Origin: Zootoca vivipara
Taxonomy: Eukaryota
Assembly: GCF_963506605.1 (NCBI RefSeq)
Contig: NC_083283.1
Span: 52,700,001 to 52,764,000 of the forward strand
Direction: 5' to 3'
DNA: 64,000 bases
Within the stretch, counting starts at the first letter, position 1, and each line of letters starts with the position of its first letter. Made by a program: the position numbers and the translations under genes. The notes beneath the pieces were generated by a model. It did not search any database, had not been told where the DNA came from, and saw only the letters and a list, made by a program, of their open reading frames with translations. Positions 48,334 through 59,690 of this stretch are shown in pieces.

Positions 48334-50069
48334 TGGATATAGTCTAACCTTCACATAACCTTTATGCAATCAAATCAAAACTAATGTCCAGTAACGTCAC
48401 CCAGAGGATCTCTGTGTCCTTTGGCTGTTGGATTGTTTGGTGGTTGTTAACATAACTGGATGGGAAAAGATTGCCATGGCTACAGAAATGCAAAGTGGTT
48501 ATAATCAGTACAGCAGGAAATCCCACTGAAGAGAATAAAACTAATGTCAGGGTAAACATGGCTAGGATTAACTGACAAGACTGTCTTTTGTTGGGATGTC
48601 TCTGGATAACCAGCATGGTCTTCCTTCTAGCTTGTCTAGCATAGGTTCTTCCAATTACATTATTTGGGATTATGTCAGCTCTTCTAGGCAATAGCCCATA
48701 GAGATATGAATCCGAGAAAAGGACCAATAGACCTAAAGCAGTATTTCTCAGAATACCACCTCTGCTGTTTGCCAATTAAAACTAGTCATGTTTGTGTCTC
48801 CCCTGCAGATCTGTGCACTCTTTTAGTGCATCTTTAAAGTTATTACATCAAAGACACAGCAAATTGTTCTATAATTCAGTTTACAAATTCTGCAAAGCCT
48901 GCACAAAAAAATGGCTTAATGTCTAGAGAAGGGCAAGCATTTATCTTGTATAGTTATTAACATCTTTGTTTGCAAGGAGGAATATTTTTCTTCTTCTTCA
49001 TGAAACAAACTTTTTGCTGAGACTGATAAAACTGTTTATAGTAAATTGTGCTCCCTCTGTGCTCAACACCTGATTTCATCTGCTGCCCTGCAAGAGATGT
49101 CAACTCCCATGATGCCCTGCAAGAAGTGCTAGGCTCAGCTGAAAAGAACTCAGTTGCTTTGACACTGAACATCTGGCATGGTGTTTATTTGTTCTATTGC
49201 TCCTTTTAAAATGAACGTGAAATATCAGATGCCTCGGTAAAATTAGTTTTCGAGCCATCAATGCCTAGAGCCAGCTTAATAATCTGTTCAGTAGATTTGG
49301 AGCATCAAGCAATATTACTTCTGAACTTAAAGTAAAAGAGAGGGAGAGAAAGACATTGCCTGGATGAATCTGAAGCACCGTTTTGCATAATTGCACTTTT
49401 GTAATTCAACAAGCAGCAGACATTTCAGAAATGGAACCACCTCTCTGTTTACAGAGAATTTGGCTTTGGCATCAAAGCTTAGGCAAACAATGCCACCCTC
49501 TGCATATGATGTACCCAATGTATATAATCTTATTTTAATTAAAAAGCAAGCTGTGTGCCAGCCTCACGGCGCCGAAATCAGTGGAAGTTTGTCCACTAAA
49601 CATGATGGGTTGGGACTGTGCTTTTTTCTCTTTAATACACACAGTTAGAAGGAACTGTAGTAATGTTGGGTATGTTTTCATGAGGTATGTAATCTTGGTT
49701 CTTTCCATGTCAAACCCTCATGCATTTCCCTCCTTTCCAAGAGGCTTTTAACATTTCTACAATCTTGCTCTCGAACACCTACCAGTCTCCACATAATATG
49801 AATCAGTTATGAATGGCATTTGCTTTGAAGAGAACAAAAAAGAAGCAACAGGCAATCTTAGCTTCACTAGCTAAGTTTGGTATCCCACTGCAAAACAAAA
49901 TGGCCTGAAGCTACATATTCGGACGCCTCATCTCTTCAGAAGTATAAGAAACAGCAATCAGTCAAGCCCCTGTATGTGTGACCTCAGTCCCTTGACCAGT
50001 TTATGCACAATCACCAGTCTTTCAGGACCAAGGGGTTGTAACCAACTAACCCACTGAAATAAATAGACC

Positions 50070-50369
50070 TAAGATAATTGTGTTCCCACAGCGAAGACAA
50101 TGACGAACCTGACGAGGGAAAACCTAAGTAAGGAGCCCAGGCACGGGCTGCTTAAATGATCCGGGCGCAGACCTGAGGGAAGCCTTCCTGATCTATCAGC
50201 TCTTCCCCTTGGCCCAGCCTGCATCCAAACCTGCACACCCATTTGCCAGTCCTGGGTGCAGGTTTGGATCCAGCTCTTGAAAGGCGGCATGGGCCTGCCC
50301 ATCCAGTTGGGGCCTTTGGAGGAACCTCTGCCATCCCACAATGCCACCACACCGAGAGGGGGAGCGGAC
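50070..50369 (-). mobile_element. Possible DIRS/Ngaro-type or LTR terminal repeat fragment
   Basis: Begins (reverse complement) gtccgctc, like gtccactc at 56768. GC/CpG-enriched, with a catttaag TATA-like box. Confidence 0.35.
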
Positions 50370-50982
50370 TAAACGTGTCCATTAATTTTAATGGACCTAC
50401 TCCGAGTAGGACTAGACTAGCATTGGCTACAATCCAAGGCCTCTCTGACCCTGTGATCAAGATAACAAAAAGTGTAAAAGGAGATATCCCAAGAGCTGGG
50501 GAGAAGAGTGTCAGGGGCAAGGCAGGAAACAGTATCTACTGGGACAAGTGGGGAGGCAGAAACTCTGTTTCCACTGGGACAGCAGGGCATGGCCTAATAT
50601 ATTTTGGCACCTGAGTGTGAACCACAAAAAGATGCTTCCCTCTGCCTGGGAAGAAGGGGTGAGTAAAGATCTATCATCAGGAACAAAGAGGGAATAAAGA
50701 TCTACATTGGGAACAAGGGTGGGAGGAGACCACCAAAAGGTCGCTCTGGGGTGGCATGGGGCGGGGGAGCTGCCAAGGAGATGGCAGAGACGGCTTTCAA
50801 GGAGTATGTTACCCTGCTACTGCAGAGGCTGAAACTTGTGCCGTGGAACTACCTTGGTCCTTCTCCCTGCACACATATTAAGTTCTCCCCAAAGCTGTTC
50901 TGGAAAGTTTGGGCAACCCCAAGTACGGATATAAGGGTCGGCAGGGAGAGGAGATGGGGAAGTTTTGTTACACAAGAAGAAA

Positions 50983-51374
50983 TTCAAAGTGTTGGTGCCG
51001 ATCTTTAAAGCCTTAAACGGCCTCGGTCCAGAATACCTGAAGGAGCATCTCCACCCCCATTGTTCTGCCCAGACACTGAGGTCCAGCGCCGAGGGCCTTC
51101 TGGCGGTTCCCTCGCTACGAGAAGCCAAGTTACAGGGAACCAGGCAGAGGGCCTTCTCGGTAGTGGCACCCACCCTGTGGAACACCCTCCCACCAGAGGT
51201 CAAAGAGAACAACAATTACCAGACCTTTAGAAGGCATCTTAAGGCAGCCTTGTTTAGGGAAGCTTTTAATGTTTGATGGAATTCTGTATTTTAATGTTTT
51301 GTTGGAAGCCGCCCAGAGTGGCTGGGGGAACCCAGCCAGATGGGCGGGGTATAAATAATAAATTATTATTATTA
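50983..51374 (+). mobile_element. Young L2-clade LINE 3' end
   Basis: ORF FKVLV..FKALNGLGPEYLKEHL...FREAFNV*, with (att)n tail. Confidence 0.93.
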
Positions 51375-51438
51375 ATGCTACACTTAGTGCTACTTCGAGT
51401 ACAAGCCTGTGTACTTTAACTGCAGCTCAGCTCATGTG

Positions 51439-51774
51439 CGGGACCCAGGTGGCGCTGTGGGTTAAACCACAGAGCCTAGGGCTTGCTGATCAGAAGGTCG
51501 GCGGTTCGAATCCCTGCAACGGGGTGAGCTTCTGTTGCTCGGTCCCTGCTCCTGCCCACCTAGCAGTTCGAAAGCACGTCTAAATGCAAGTAGATAAACA
51601 GCGTTTCCGTGCGCTGCTCTGGTTCGCCAGAAGCAGCTTTGTCTTGCTGGCCCCATGACCCGGAAGCTGTCTGCGGACAAACGCCGGCTCTCTCGGCCTA
51701 TAGAGCGAGATGAGCGTCGCAACCCCAGAGTCGGACACGACTGGACCTGATGGTCAGGGGCCCCTTTACCTTTA
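51439..51774 (+). mobile_element. Young Sauria SINE
   Basis: gggacccaggtggcgctgtggg head, ggttcgaatccc box B, (acctt)n tail, CpG retained. TSD cagctcatgtg (51428-51438, 51775-51785). Confidence 0.93.
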
Positions 51775-52669
51775 CAGCTCATGTGAACCTCAGACCCAAG
51801 ATACTAGACTGAAGTTACAGAATCCCTGACATATAAAGGCTGGCATCATTTAGAGTCCTTACACTGAGTTTTTTTGCAAGTAGATAATGTTAAACATGCA
51901 GCCTTTTACTCCAATATATTCTGCTGCATTTGGGGGGGGGGGTCATAATCAGCCTGTGACTATCAGCTCTCAAAGTTAATATAAAATGTTTCCTTTCAGC
52001 AGGTGTGAGCAACTTGCTTGCACTATGGGTTAGAAGTTGCATTTATAAATGTTAAACATGTTATTTGTCAAAAGCTAATAATTTTTGTCAGCATATTAAA
52101 AAACGACTGGTGCCATTTTATACTTCTGGGTGTCACTGCTGTCAGATTAAATTGTTCTCAGGCATGAGGTCTGATTTCTTTCTTGTCAAAAAATTATTCT
52201 TGAATTTACTTTTCTATGGAAGATTTTTAAAAAAACCTTTTTTTTTTGTAAAAAACAAACTGCACAGAGAGTGAAGCCAGAGTGCAAAATAGTATTTTAT
52301 CCTTCAGGAAGTTCATTTAGGGAAGGTTTCAATAAGACAAGGGGAAGGAAAATGGGAAATGACTTTTCCATCGGAGCTGGGTTAATTTTCAGAAATTGAG
52401 TTAAAGCTGGAGAATGTGAGGTGCAATGCAATTATTGTGCTACTAATGTGGTACACATCAAGTCCTATGAAGGAAATTAGAGGTGCTATGAGGGAAGAGA
52501 GCACACATTGCTTTTAAACTGCCTGTATGATTCCCCTCTGCACATTTTCTACTTTATTTATAGTCATTGTGAAGAATCCTCCTGTTGGCTATGTGAGCAT
52601 AGAGGCCTATGGTCTGATGCAAAGGTACAATATTGCTCTTTTTTGGATTAATGGGATGAGACCTGCTAC

Positions 52670-52860
52670 CAGTAGCTCAGTGGCAGAGCATATGCTTTTT
52701 TGTGGAAGATCTTAGGTTAAATCCCTGGTATCTCAAGTCAGTAACTCAGGTAGTAGAAAAGGGAAGGATCCCTGCCTTGGAGGGGGATACAGCCAGAGAA
52801 GACAATACTGGACTAGATGGGCCAACTGTGTAACTCAGTGTAATGCTATTTCACATGTTC
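52670..52860 (+). mobile_element. tRNA-headed SINE with CR1-type tail
   Basis: tagctcagtggcagagca head, gacaatactggactagatgggcca tail. Confidence 0.7.
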
Positions 52861-53133
52861 ACATTAATCTAGAAAATCCTGCATCTTTGCAGTAATAGAT
52901 TTATTGTTTTCTTGTTGTGCCCTCTATTTGTTTTAATTAGTTAAAGTATGGGTGCACTGCACCCAACTTCATGGCATCCTGGTTCAAAGTGCTGGCTTTG
53001 ACCTTCCACCACTTCACCTGCATTTGATGAAAAGGAAAAACAGAGTTGAGTGTCCGTCACCCACATATTTGTTTGTTCATGTGTTTTCATACCTACCCTT
53101 CATCACAAGGTCCTAGAATGGCTTAGACCAATA

Positions 53134-54096
53134 AGGTTGTACCTTGGAAGTTGAACGGAATCTGTTCTGGAAGTCTGTTGGACTTCCAAAATGTTCCAAA
53201 ACCAAAGCCTGGCTTCTGATTGGCTGCAGGAAGCTCCTGCAGTCAGGGGCGGACGAAGGCGTTGTGACACCTGGGGCGGGGCGTCACTATGTAGGGTGCA
53301 TGTGTAGTGCCGCTACGTATGACACATGTGCCGTATGTAGTGATGCCGCACATGCACTGCAGAAAGTGGTTTGCTGGCAGTGCCGCTCCAGCGACATACG
53401 AACGGTGCCAGGATCCTCTGCTCGCAGCTGCAGCCGCGATGGAGGGATTCTACCACTGTCAGTATAGCGCTGGAGCGGTGCTGGTGGCAAACCGCTATGT
53501 ACGGCGCATGCGGCGTACATAGCGACACCGTACATGTGCTGTACATAGTGGTTTCCCATTGCCGCTGCTCCAGCGCTGTCTGGAAGGTGCTGGGGTCCTC
53601 CGCTCACGGCTGCAGCCACGAACGGAGGATCCCCGTTCGTGGCTGTAGCAGCGATGGAGGGATCCCACCGCCGTCCGTATGGCGCTCAAGCAGCGCCAGT
53701 GGCAAACCGCTATGTACAGCGTATGTGCAGCATCATTGTGTACAGCGCATGCGTGCGATGCCACACATGTGCTGTACATAGCGGTTTGCTGCCGGTGCTG
53801 GGATCCTCTGCTCGCGGCTGCACCCATGAACAGAGGAACAGAGGATCCTCCACATGCGGCTGCAGCAGCGCGATGGCTGCTCACGCCTCCACGAGCCTTC
53901 TTGTCTGGCCCCCAGACATGGTGCCTGGGGTGCACTGCCCCCGTTGTGACACCACTGCCTGCAGTCAATTGGAAGCTGCGGAAACCCCATTAGACAATCG
54001 GGTTCCAAAGGACGTTCGCAAATTGGAACACTCACTTGTGGGTTTACGGCATTTGGGAACCAAAACGTTCGACTTGCAAGGTGTTTGGCACGACTG
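53134..54096. mobile_element. Tigger-like MITE split by a nested hAT element
   Basis: Termini gttgtaccttgg / ggcacgactg. The body matches 58917-59135 on both sides of the insert. Confidence 0.8.
53244..53957. mobile_element. 714-bp CpG-rich hAT-like element with internal repeated palindromes
   Basis: Perfect 8-bp TSD cctgcagt (53236-53243, 53958-53965), imperfect TIR caggggcggac / gtgacaccactg. Confidence 0.85.
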
Positions 54097-54381
54097 TTAT
54101 AAAAACAAATAAATACAATGCCCCAAATCTCTGGATGGCATTGCTCCATGGTTTGCTGTGTGTATGCTTTTCACTGTGTGCACTGTTAGGATGTACCTCA
54201 GAGTACGCTTAAGTTCAGAACAGCAAGTGTGTTCTCGGAATTCCTTCTCAATTATTTCAAGATGGACAGTGTCTTCCTAACTTCTTAAAGGGAAGCAAAA
54301 GTTTCTTCAGCATGTGGAAAGAAAGACAGTACTACCACCACCACACCACCACAATGTATCAGGTACTGAAAGGCTCTAACG

Positions 54382-54517
54382 CAGGCATCCCCAAACTTCG
54401 GCCCTCCAGATGTTTTGGACTACAATTCCCATCATCCCTGATCACTGGTCCTGTTAGCTAGGGATCATGGGAGTTGTAGGCCAAAACATCTGGAGGGCCG
54501 CAGTTTGGGGATGCCTG
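54382..54517. mobile_element. 136-bp hAT MITE, copy 2
   Basis: Same TIRs as 45799, 8-bp TSD ctctaacg. Confidence 0.92.
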
Positions 54518-55479
54518 CTCTAACGTTTGTTGGACTCATTTAGGACCCCCCAGCCCCGTACCCATGACTTGTTTGCATCTGATGTGAATCAACTGCATTT
54601 CATGTAAAGCAGAAAGGTCACTGCACACCCCATTTACTTACTTGTCCTCCATCATATCTGTTTCCCAAGTGACAATCTTCATTAATGATAATTCCACAGG
54701 AAGCATCTTCGAGTAGGTCACTCTCCCTGCGGCTTTTATGCAGAGCAAACTGTAGTTGCTTATTTTATAGTGCTCAAACAGCCTATAAGGTTCATTGTTT
54801 GCACTGAACACTGTAGGGCTTAATTAGTAAATACAACTTCACAGCAAACTGTATTATATAATCCATATGTTCTCAGATAACACAGGGAACCTATCAAGCC
54901 AAATGAACATAAGCAAAACTCCCTAGTGAAATTAACCGGTATAGAAGAGTAATTATAACAAATGCATGATTAAATTATGTTTGTCCTCATTCTGACTTAA
55001 AGGACTAAAATAACAATCTAATTAATATGCCGACATATAAGGTTTAACTTGTTGGCCCTGACCCAAATCAAAATCTAAATGATCACATATGTATTTAGAG
55101 ACTAGTCCTATTATGGAGAAGATCTCAATATCTGAGTTTTAACTTGATTTTTCTGACCTAATGTCCATGAGCCAGGATTGAAAAATAGGGTGCTTGTTGC
55201 TATCTAGAAAGTGGTTGAATGAGGTAACCTTTTAAAATATAGTCTATGAGGCTGGAAAATTGTTAGCCATGTTGTATTTTCATAACAAGTAGATTTCACT
55301 GAAAGCAACAACAACACACATCTTAAAGAAAAGGGGGGGAGGGGAGAAAAGAAAAAAGTTCAAAAATACATCATGTCCACTTGGGGATATAACTTTTATA
55401 TATTTTGCAAAATTAGGTGCTTCCAGTGTATGTGGCAAGAAAAAGTCTGTTCTTTGTCGTGCAAATAAATTAAAAACAT

Positions 55480-55655
55480 GGCTGATTAACATCTTAAATG
55501 AGTTTGTGGGAGCGTGGCAGGGGAATAATTGGGGTGTGTGTTCTTGTTTTTATCTTGTATTTTGTGCTTTAATATTATATCTTTATGTTGTGACCCGCCT
55601 AGAGGTCTGTGGATGAAGGTTGGTCTATAAAGTTAATATGAATGAATGAATGAAC
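55480..55655 (+). mobile_element. L2 3' UTR fragment
   Basis: gctgattaacat...tgtgacccgcctagagg...gatgaagg and a (atga)n tail. Similar to 14118 and 56560. Confidence 0.6.
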
Positions 55656-56559
55656 AAATTGGTGCCTGGAAATGTAAAGGATATAGCGTAACCTTTGTGG
55701 AAAGCCAACATGGCTTTGCATTCACTCCCCGCCCTAAATGTAGTGTCACCCTCAGCATCTTTTTCAAACCAATATTGCTCATATCTGTCAACATCTCAAC
55801 ACAACAAGGGCAAGCAGGCCTTGCAAAACGGTTCTGGGAAGGACATGTGAAGCACATGCTCTCCAATATTTGTTATACTGTACAGTGCTGAGGTTAAGGC
55901 AAGGTTACGGCAAACCACTTACTTGGGAGAAAATGCACATGGGATTCCCAAGGTATTCTCCTGAAGGCGGAGTATTAGGATGTATAAAACAACAAGGTCT
56001 TACATAAAAATGCTGCAATATCACAAGAAGGGAACCCATTTAAATGGGAACAACAAGGATGACCTCATTTAAATGATGTGTTTCTCAAAAGGGGAAAAAA
56101 CATAGTTTTGCCATCTGCAATATGAAAAAAGAAGTGGGAATGTCTTCTGCTTTTCATACTTCTGATTCTAGACAAGTGTATTCTCTATGGCAAACAGCAA
56201 GAAAACAAATGCTAAGCTTTAATCAGAAACATATTGGACGTGTTGGGGCTTTCAGATCATTGGTCCGTTCCTTAATAATGTCATGCAGATTTCCCATTGG
56301 ATTATTGATGCAAACCTTTGACTTTGATGTTAAGAAAAGGTTGCAATATATCGAATATGAGTGGAAAATAGCATGTATTCACTTAACATTTGTTGAGCTT
56401 CAGAAGATGAAAATGGGTAGCAGTTTCACTACAACTTAATTCTTCAGTGAAACTAAGAATCAGAATTTCTGTTGTGCAAAGCTCGCTTCTATTATGGGTC
56501 AGAAACTCCCATCCCCACAAGCTTTCCTTCTGCACATGTGTGAGCCTGTTAGTAACAGA

Positions 56560-57853
56560 GATGTGTGGCCGCTTTAAGCCCTTCTTCATGTGCCTCCACT
56601 GAGAGAGGTTTGGAGGGTGACAACTTGAGAACAGGCCTTTTCTGCAGTGGCTCCCCACTTGTGGAATGCTCTCCCCAGGGAGTTTTGGTTGGTGCCTTTA
56701 TTATAGACTTGAAAACGTTTCTGTTCCATCAGGCCTTTGACTGATTAACATTTTATAACCCTTTTAAGTCCACTCTGCTTCACAGCGGGGAGGAGTTGCG
56801 GTGGACCACATGGCCACCCACTCCCCTCCGGGGGCGGGGGATGCAGTCCCGCATCACCTGGAGGTTCCCGACCACGTCATCTGGCCAGCCAATCCGCTGG
56901 CTGGGGAGGCTTGGCTGGGCCCCATTTAAACAGAGGCGCGAACAGGAGAGCTTCCTCTTGGCTCGCTTCCTCAATCTGCACGCACGGGTCTCACACTGAG
57001 CTCTGGAGCATTTTTTCTTCCTCAGGAACTCCTGCTTTGAACCGCCATCGCTGCCTCAGCCTGACTAGTAGCAGGCATCGACCGACCGCCGCGGGAACCC
57101 GCCTTGAGCTGCTTATCTTGGGAGAACAGCTCATGGGTGCTTTTTAAAGTCACTCTCTCCGCGCAGCTGCTGGAGCCACCCAGCGGCTTGTCGAAGTGTG
57201 CTTTGGGATAGCGGATGTCTTGGTCTTGTCTACTGGATGCTCCTGTATCCTGGTATTGTGTGACTGAGTGTGTGTGTGGGAGCTGTTCTTGGATGCTTCA
57301 GAGAGGTGCGCTGGCATAGCGAGAGTTCCCCCCCCCAATTGCCTGTTTGCTTACTGTGGGGGTTTGGGGGAGGGGAGGTGTGGCCATCACCTGCCCCTCC
57401 AAGCTTAAGGATATTCCGTTAAAGGAATCCGGGGTGTGGATCTTGTCCGAAGCCCGGGGAAGTGCTAGAGTCATGCCACGATCCCATTGGGAACCCTGGG
57501 GGAGCTCAAGTAGTTTTGCATTGATGGGGCTCTCACTACCAGTGGTTGACCCTTACTGGACTTCCTGCGTGACGTGCAGGAGTCAGATATAGTCGGGTCA
57601 ATTCCAGAGCCAATACCGCTCACATTCTGTAACCAATGAAGTTGTGCCCAAAATTTGCCCAATAACATTAACCTAATATCAGTGTCCTTGTGTCTTATTC
57701 ATCAACGAGGGGGTGGTCTCAGGGTCTCGACACGCAAATGTGTTTGTCGGGGGAGGGCGTTGTTGGTTTGTGCTTTTTGGGTTTTTCTTTTTATCATGTC
57801 CTTTGTGTTTTTATATTGCATTCTTTTTGTTGTGAACTGGCCTGAGAACTATG
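56560..57853 (+). mobile_element. L2 3' end interrupted at 56768-57736
   Basis: RAFSAVAPHLWNALP-like coding end. The UTR cccttttaa|aatgtgtttgt is continuous once the insert is removed (compare the copies at 14230-14270 and 55490). Confidence 0.75.
56768..57736 (+). mobile_element. Solo terminal repeat of a retroelement (DIRS/Ngaro-type favoured over LTR)
   Basis: Clean insertion in L2 with only an AA overlap, and no TG...CA ends or 4-6-bp TSD. GC box, CCAAT, catttaaa and an AATGAA polyA-like signal occur in promoter-to-terminator order. Confidence 0.55.
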
Positions 57854-58141
57854 GAGGCCGAGGGAGCCTGCATTTGTCCACAGACAGGATTCTGGGTCAT
57901 GTGGCCAGCATGACTAAACTGCTTCTGGCACAATGGAACACTGTGACAGAAACCAGAGCGCACAGAAACACTGTTTATCTTCCCACCACAGTGGTACCTA
58001 TTTATCTACTTGCACTGGCATGTTTTCGAACTGCTTGATTGGCAGGAGCTGGGATAGAGCAACGGGAGCTCACCCCATCATGGAGATTCAAACTGTCAAC
58101 CTTCTGATTGGCAAGGGCAAAGAGGCTCAGTACCTTTACCT
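57854..58141 (-). mobile_element. Sauria SINE with inverted body and sense-strand tail
   Basis: 57854-58131 is the reverse complement of the SINE body, while 58132-58141 acctttacct is the tail in + orientation. Confidence 0.8.
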
Positions 58142-58861
58142 GCCTTAGTTGTAACAATGAATAAGGCTAGTTGAATTAATTCTAGGCAAAAAAGTTTTGC
58201 TGCCTTACACTGGGAGTGGGGGAGAGTCAGAGTTGTGCTTTCTTTTGGTTAGCAAAGAAACCATTTTTGTTGTTGTTCTATAAAGAGTTTTCCTACGCTG
58301 TCTTCACTGTTTCAGAAAACAAAACCACAGGCCAAGCAATCAATTATGTGTGTTTACAATGCAAACACTAGTGGACAATGGCTATCTAACAGCCAAGTTC
58401 TTAATTAGCTCTATTCTCCTTGTCTGCAGAACAACCCTGTTTTCCAAGTGTCATGACAAAATAATTCAGTTGAAGAACTTTATCCTGACTTAATGAGCCA
58501 AGTTTTTAAGTTAAGATTTGAAAAACTTCTCTCTGGATTTGCAAAAAACAACAACAAACCCTTACTTTTCTGCTGTGTAAATAAGTATGCTCAGTTTGTA
58601 AAAAACCAAAACCCAACAGCAGTTGTTTTGATGCAGTATGCTAAGTACAAGTTGGCACTTCTGAAAGCACCTCATCAGGGTTTAGGGCCTCCACTCAGAA
58701 AATGACTGGGCAGTGCTCTCATGCATGGGCAGTTTGGGGAAGCTGTCATCTTGATATTGGAGTTGACCATGAACATGCAAATCAAGGAGATGGCAAATAA
58801 TGAGGACTACCATATGTTTCCCCAACATAGCCCCAATTTGACAACATGACACTGGCCTTCA

Positions 58862-58909
<48 letters not shown>

Positions 58910-58915
58910 ATCTAT
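58862..58915. repeat. (ATCT)n microsatellite
   Basis: Direct reading; it abuts the MITE left end. Confidence 0.95.
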
Positions 58916-58916
58916 C

Positions 58917-59135
58917 CAGTGGTACTTCAGATGTTGAACAGAATCGATTCGGGAAGTCCGTTCGACTTCCAAAACATTCGGAAACTAAGGCATGGCTTCC
59001 GATTGGCTGCAGGAAGCTCCTGCAGCCAATCAGAAGCCACAGAAGTTGCACCAGATGTTCGGGTTCCAAAGAACGTTCGCAAACCGGAGCCAAAATATTT
59101 GACTTACAAGTTGTTCAGGATCCAAGGTACGACTG
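58917..59135. mobile_element. Tigger-like MITE
   Basis: cagtggtactt ... aaggtacgactg|TA, with central palindrome gattggctgcagg..cctgcagccaatc. Confidence 0.85.
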
Positions 59136-59464
59136 TATATAATATCTATTACTTAAATAAAATAGTCTCTAAGTGGTTTACAAAGATACAATGCAAGAAA
59201 ATAAGGAGCAGTTCAAACTATAAAATAAAACTTCAATTAAAGTTGATTTAGTAATAAGCACCCATCTGGAAGCAACCTAGTTAAATCTAAAAGTTTTTGA
59301 ATATTTAAATTTTAAATCTAAACATTTTCAGATGAATTCTGGGAGTGGAAACAGATTGGCTGACATGGAGGACACCTATGAAAACTACGAAAACATGGAT
59401 CCTAATATTAAAACCATTTCTACATATGAACAATTAATATTTTATAAATGGTTGAATAACACCT

Positions 59465-59690
59465 CAAGGAAAGCTTTCTTAAACAATAATGTATCCAGCG
59501 GCATCTGAAACATCACAACACTGGGCACTTCTCTAATTTCAGCTGGTTATTGATTCCAGAAAGCTGGAGCTGCAACTGTAAAAGCCCGGGTCCTAATATA
59601 ACCTACACACACCTCTGGGGCATGTGGTAATCTTCACACTGTCCCATTTGAAGAGTTCACCAGGGATATATGGGGTGAGGTGGTTCCTTG
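59465..59690 (-). mobile_element. Old L2 3' fragment
   Basis: Reverse complement cgggcttttacagttgcagctccagctttctggaat gives RAFTVAAPAFWN. Confidence 0.6.

Noticed and set aside
48362-48775. 137-aa - strand ORF in unique sequence
   Set aside because: No recognisable motif, non-ATG start and no splice support.
53144-54149. Many 100-157 aa ORFs
   Set aside because: Artefact of a GC-rich palindromic repeat element.
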